A DNA stretch of 30,265 bases from Pseudothermotoga sp. (lineage in GTDB: Bacteria > Thermotogota > Thermotogae > Thermotogales > DSM-5069). Positions 28,281-30,265 of this stretch are shown here, piece by piece; positions within the stretch are counted from its first letter, which is position 1; each line of letters opens with the position of its first letter. The notes under the pieces are model-generated. The model made no database searches and was not told the origin of the DNA. It saw nothing but the letters and a program-made list of their open reading frames with translations. Made by a program: the position numbers and the translations under genes. The stretch lies in NCBI GenBank assembly GCA_041640575.1, contig JBEPZZ010000019.1, forward strand, positions 1 to 30,265, given 5' to 3'.

Positions 28281-29982
28281 TCAACTTCCCCCTGGTTGGT
28301 TCAAGTAAGATGTATGAGTCATTCCCCTTTTTGGTGAACGTGGTTAAATCATATCCTTTTTCCGCCAAAATCCAGAGAATTTGAGGTGTACAAAAACTAC
28401 CTTGACATCTACCCATACCTGCACGTGTTCTCCATTTTATTCCATCTAGCGTGGTCGCAGGCAAAGATGAACTTAAGGCGTTTTCTATTTCTGCTTTACT
28501 AACAACTTCGCAGCGACATACTACAATACCGTAATTTGGATTTTCTTGGATAATTCTTTGCTTTTCCGTGAGCGTTAGTTTTGAAAAATCTGGGTCTTTT
28601 TTACGCGTCGGACAGAATCTTTCGTTAGGAATTACTTTCATGTTTTTTGAAAGGATCTGTGTAGCCATTTTTCCTACATCGACCGCAATTGCTGGAGCAC
28701 TTGTCAAACCTGGTGATTGAATTCCAGCAACATGGATAAGATTTTCAATTTTTTTTGATCTTTCAACTATAAACTCTTCTTCGTAGGTGGCCGCCCTGTT
28801 TCCAGCAAAGTAAGCGATGATATCTCTCGTGCTGAGCCCCTTTACAAGCCGAGCATGTTTCTTAAAAAGCTCCTCAATCCCACAATCAGTTGTACTGTAG
28901 TCTTCCTTGTATGGGACCTCTTGAGCTGTGGGCCCGAGTAGTAAATTTCCATGAACAGTAGGGATCAATCCACCACCTTTTGTGACAGATTTGGCTTGTG
29001 CAACTGCTACACTTGAAAGCGTACTTTTGACCAAAAACCCTTTACTTTTGTCTAAAATTGCCATTTCACCTTTCCTTGGATGTATGGTAAAGAATTGGTC
29101 ATCTGCCAACGCTGCAATGTAATCTGACCAAAGTCCTGCGGCATTTATGACAAGTTTTGGAAAGATCCGTCCACGATTTGTTAGAACAGATATAATCACT
29201 CCATCTTGAATTTCCATATTTTCTACAAAAGTGTTGAAACTAAATTTTACACCATTTTGAACAGCATTTTCTGCAAACGCTAAGGTCATCTTAAATGGAT
29301 CAACTATTCCAGATTCGGGTATCAAATATACCCATGAGAATTCGTCAAAAAGGTGAGGTTCTATTCTTTTAGCTGCCTTTTTTGATATTACTCTGCATGA
29401 ATTCAAACCATTTCTACGTGCTCTTGCATTCAAAATGGGTACCAGAAATCGTGAAAATGGGTTTGTGAAAATCATGAAAAGTCCATTTTGAATGAAGGGA
29501 AAGTCTAGCTCTTTAGAGAGTTCTGGAATCATATTCATACCCTTTAGGTTATACAAAGCTTTTTTAGTTCCTGGTTTAGGCGCGATTGGAGGGTGAATCA
29601 TGCCTGCATTTCTCGAACTTTGATGAAAAGCCACATCTGATTCTTTGTCGACAACAAGGATCTTGAGTACATACTTGGACAATTCTCTTGCTATGCTGCA
29701 ACCAACAACACCCGCTCCTATTACAAGTACATCAACATTTTTTCCTTCCAGTTGGCCATCTCTTATACTAGGTTTTCTTGGTACTTCTTTCGAAACTTCA
29801 TCACATTCTAATAGGTTTACAACACCTCTATAACCAAACTTTGTTGCTATTTTTCCAGCAAGAAGAACCTGCTGCCAGCTTTTTACCTTTCCTTCAAGAA
29901 CTAAAGCATCATTTTTTTGAGAAACTGAAACTCGAAAACCGAGCTTTTTAGTTAAGATTGTCTCAATTGTTTCTGCTTTCAC
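28267..29982 (-). CDS. GlpA/LhgO-like FAD-dependent dehydrogenase with BON-like N-terminus and BFD-like [2Fe-2S] C-terminus
   Basis: IGAGVVG, SSRNAGMIH, PRKGE, GIQSPGLTSAPA, VCRCEVV, RTRAGMGRCQGSFC. Confidence 0.85.
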   Translation of the reverse strand: MKAETIETILTKKLGFRVSVSQKNDALVLEGKVKSWQQVLLAGKIATKFGYRGVVNLLECDEVSKEVPRKPSIRDGQLEGKNVDVLVIGAGVVGCSIARELSKYVLKILVVDKESDVAFHQSSRNAGMIHPPIAPKPGTKKALYNLKGMNMIPELSKELDFPFIQNGLFMIFTNPFSRFLVPILNARARRNGLNSCRVISKKAAKRIEPHLFDEFSWVYLIPESGIVDPFKMTLAFAENAVQNGVKFSFNTFVENMEIQDGVIISVLTNRGRIFPKLVINAAGLWSDYIAALADDQFFTIHPRKGEMAILDKSKGFLVKSTLSSVAVAQAKSVTKGGGLIPTVHGNLLLGPTAQEVPYKEDYSTTDCGIEELFKKHARLVKGLSTRDIIAYFAGNRAATYEEEFIVERSKKIENLIHVAGIQSPGLTSAPAIAVDVGKMATQILSKNMKVIPNERFCPTRKKDPDFSKLTLTEKQRIIQENPNYGIVVCRCEVVSKAEIENALSSSLPATTLDGIKWRTRAGMGRCQGSFCTPQILWILAEKGYDLTTFTKKGNDSYILLEPTRGKLNDQL

Positions 29983-30002
29983 TTATTCTACCCCCAGAGA
30001 AT

Positions 30003-30051
30003 AGGATGTCCGGACATCCTGATCATAACATATTTGAAAAAACCTTGTCAA
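30003..30051 (-). promoter_or_regulatory. Sigma70 promoter and palindromic operator (likely GntR site)
   Basis: TTGACA (30051-30046), 18 nt, extended -10 TGTTATGAT (30030-30022); perfect palindrome AGGATGTCCGGACATCCT (30003-30020) over the predicted start site. Confidence 0.85.
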
Positions 30052-30198
30052 TACCTCGAAAAACTAAGAAAAACAAAGCTTCACAAAATCTCAATTGTTC
30101 ATATGAAGCTTTGTCATTTATCGTTGTGACTTCTACAAAGTTCTACAGATTTTCTTTCCACAATTTGCGTGGGAAGGATAACTGTTCTAAATCCTGAT

Positions 30199-30223
30199 TT
30201 GAAAGGATTGTTCAACCTTTCAA
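30199..30223. other. Hairpin, possibly the terminator of an element beyond the window edge
   Basis: TTGAAAGG-N9-CCTTTCAA. Confidence 0.4.
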
Positions 30224-30265
30224 TTAAAAGTTGGGCGCCCAGTTGACCCCTTAACCAGCGTGGTT

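Overview
AT-rich bacterial chromosome segment, most likely Thermotogota (Pseudothermotoga/Thermotoga-like; inferred from the TM1875-type GluRS, the triple M42 peptidase block, the short DapB and the gene order). From left to right it holds: (1) a minus-strand uptake/catabolic operon, tctC-tctB-tctA, a metal-ligand-less M24-fold hydrolase, a Gfo/Idh/MocA oxidoreductase and a TRAP dctP; (2) a ~1.1 kb AT-rich gap with a decayed secreted-protein gene; (3) rubrerythrin-rubredoxin; (4) a housekeeping block (phosphodiesterase, DUF458, rlmB, mini-RNase III, fliJ, minC, three M42 peptidases, SPOR protein, comEA, ompH, lptB, LOG-family protein, gltX); (5) dapA-dapB; (6) an ArsR-ferredoxin-HdrA-like mini-operon; (7) an operon of GlpA-like dehydrogenase, flavoprotein-DUF1667, FGGY kinase, alkyl-DHAP-synthase-like enzyme and GntR. 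The most notable signal is the dapAB leader. It has a sigma70 promoter, an unannotated 36-codon leader ORF with a Lys-Ser-Lys-Lys control cluster, and mutually exclusive protector, antiterminator and terminator helices. This looks like a ribosome-mediated lysine attenuator in place of the usual lysine riboswitch. The second candidate is a possible glycerol-ether (alkylglycerol) utilisation pathway.
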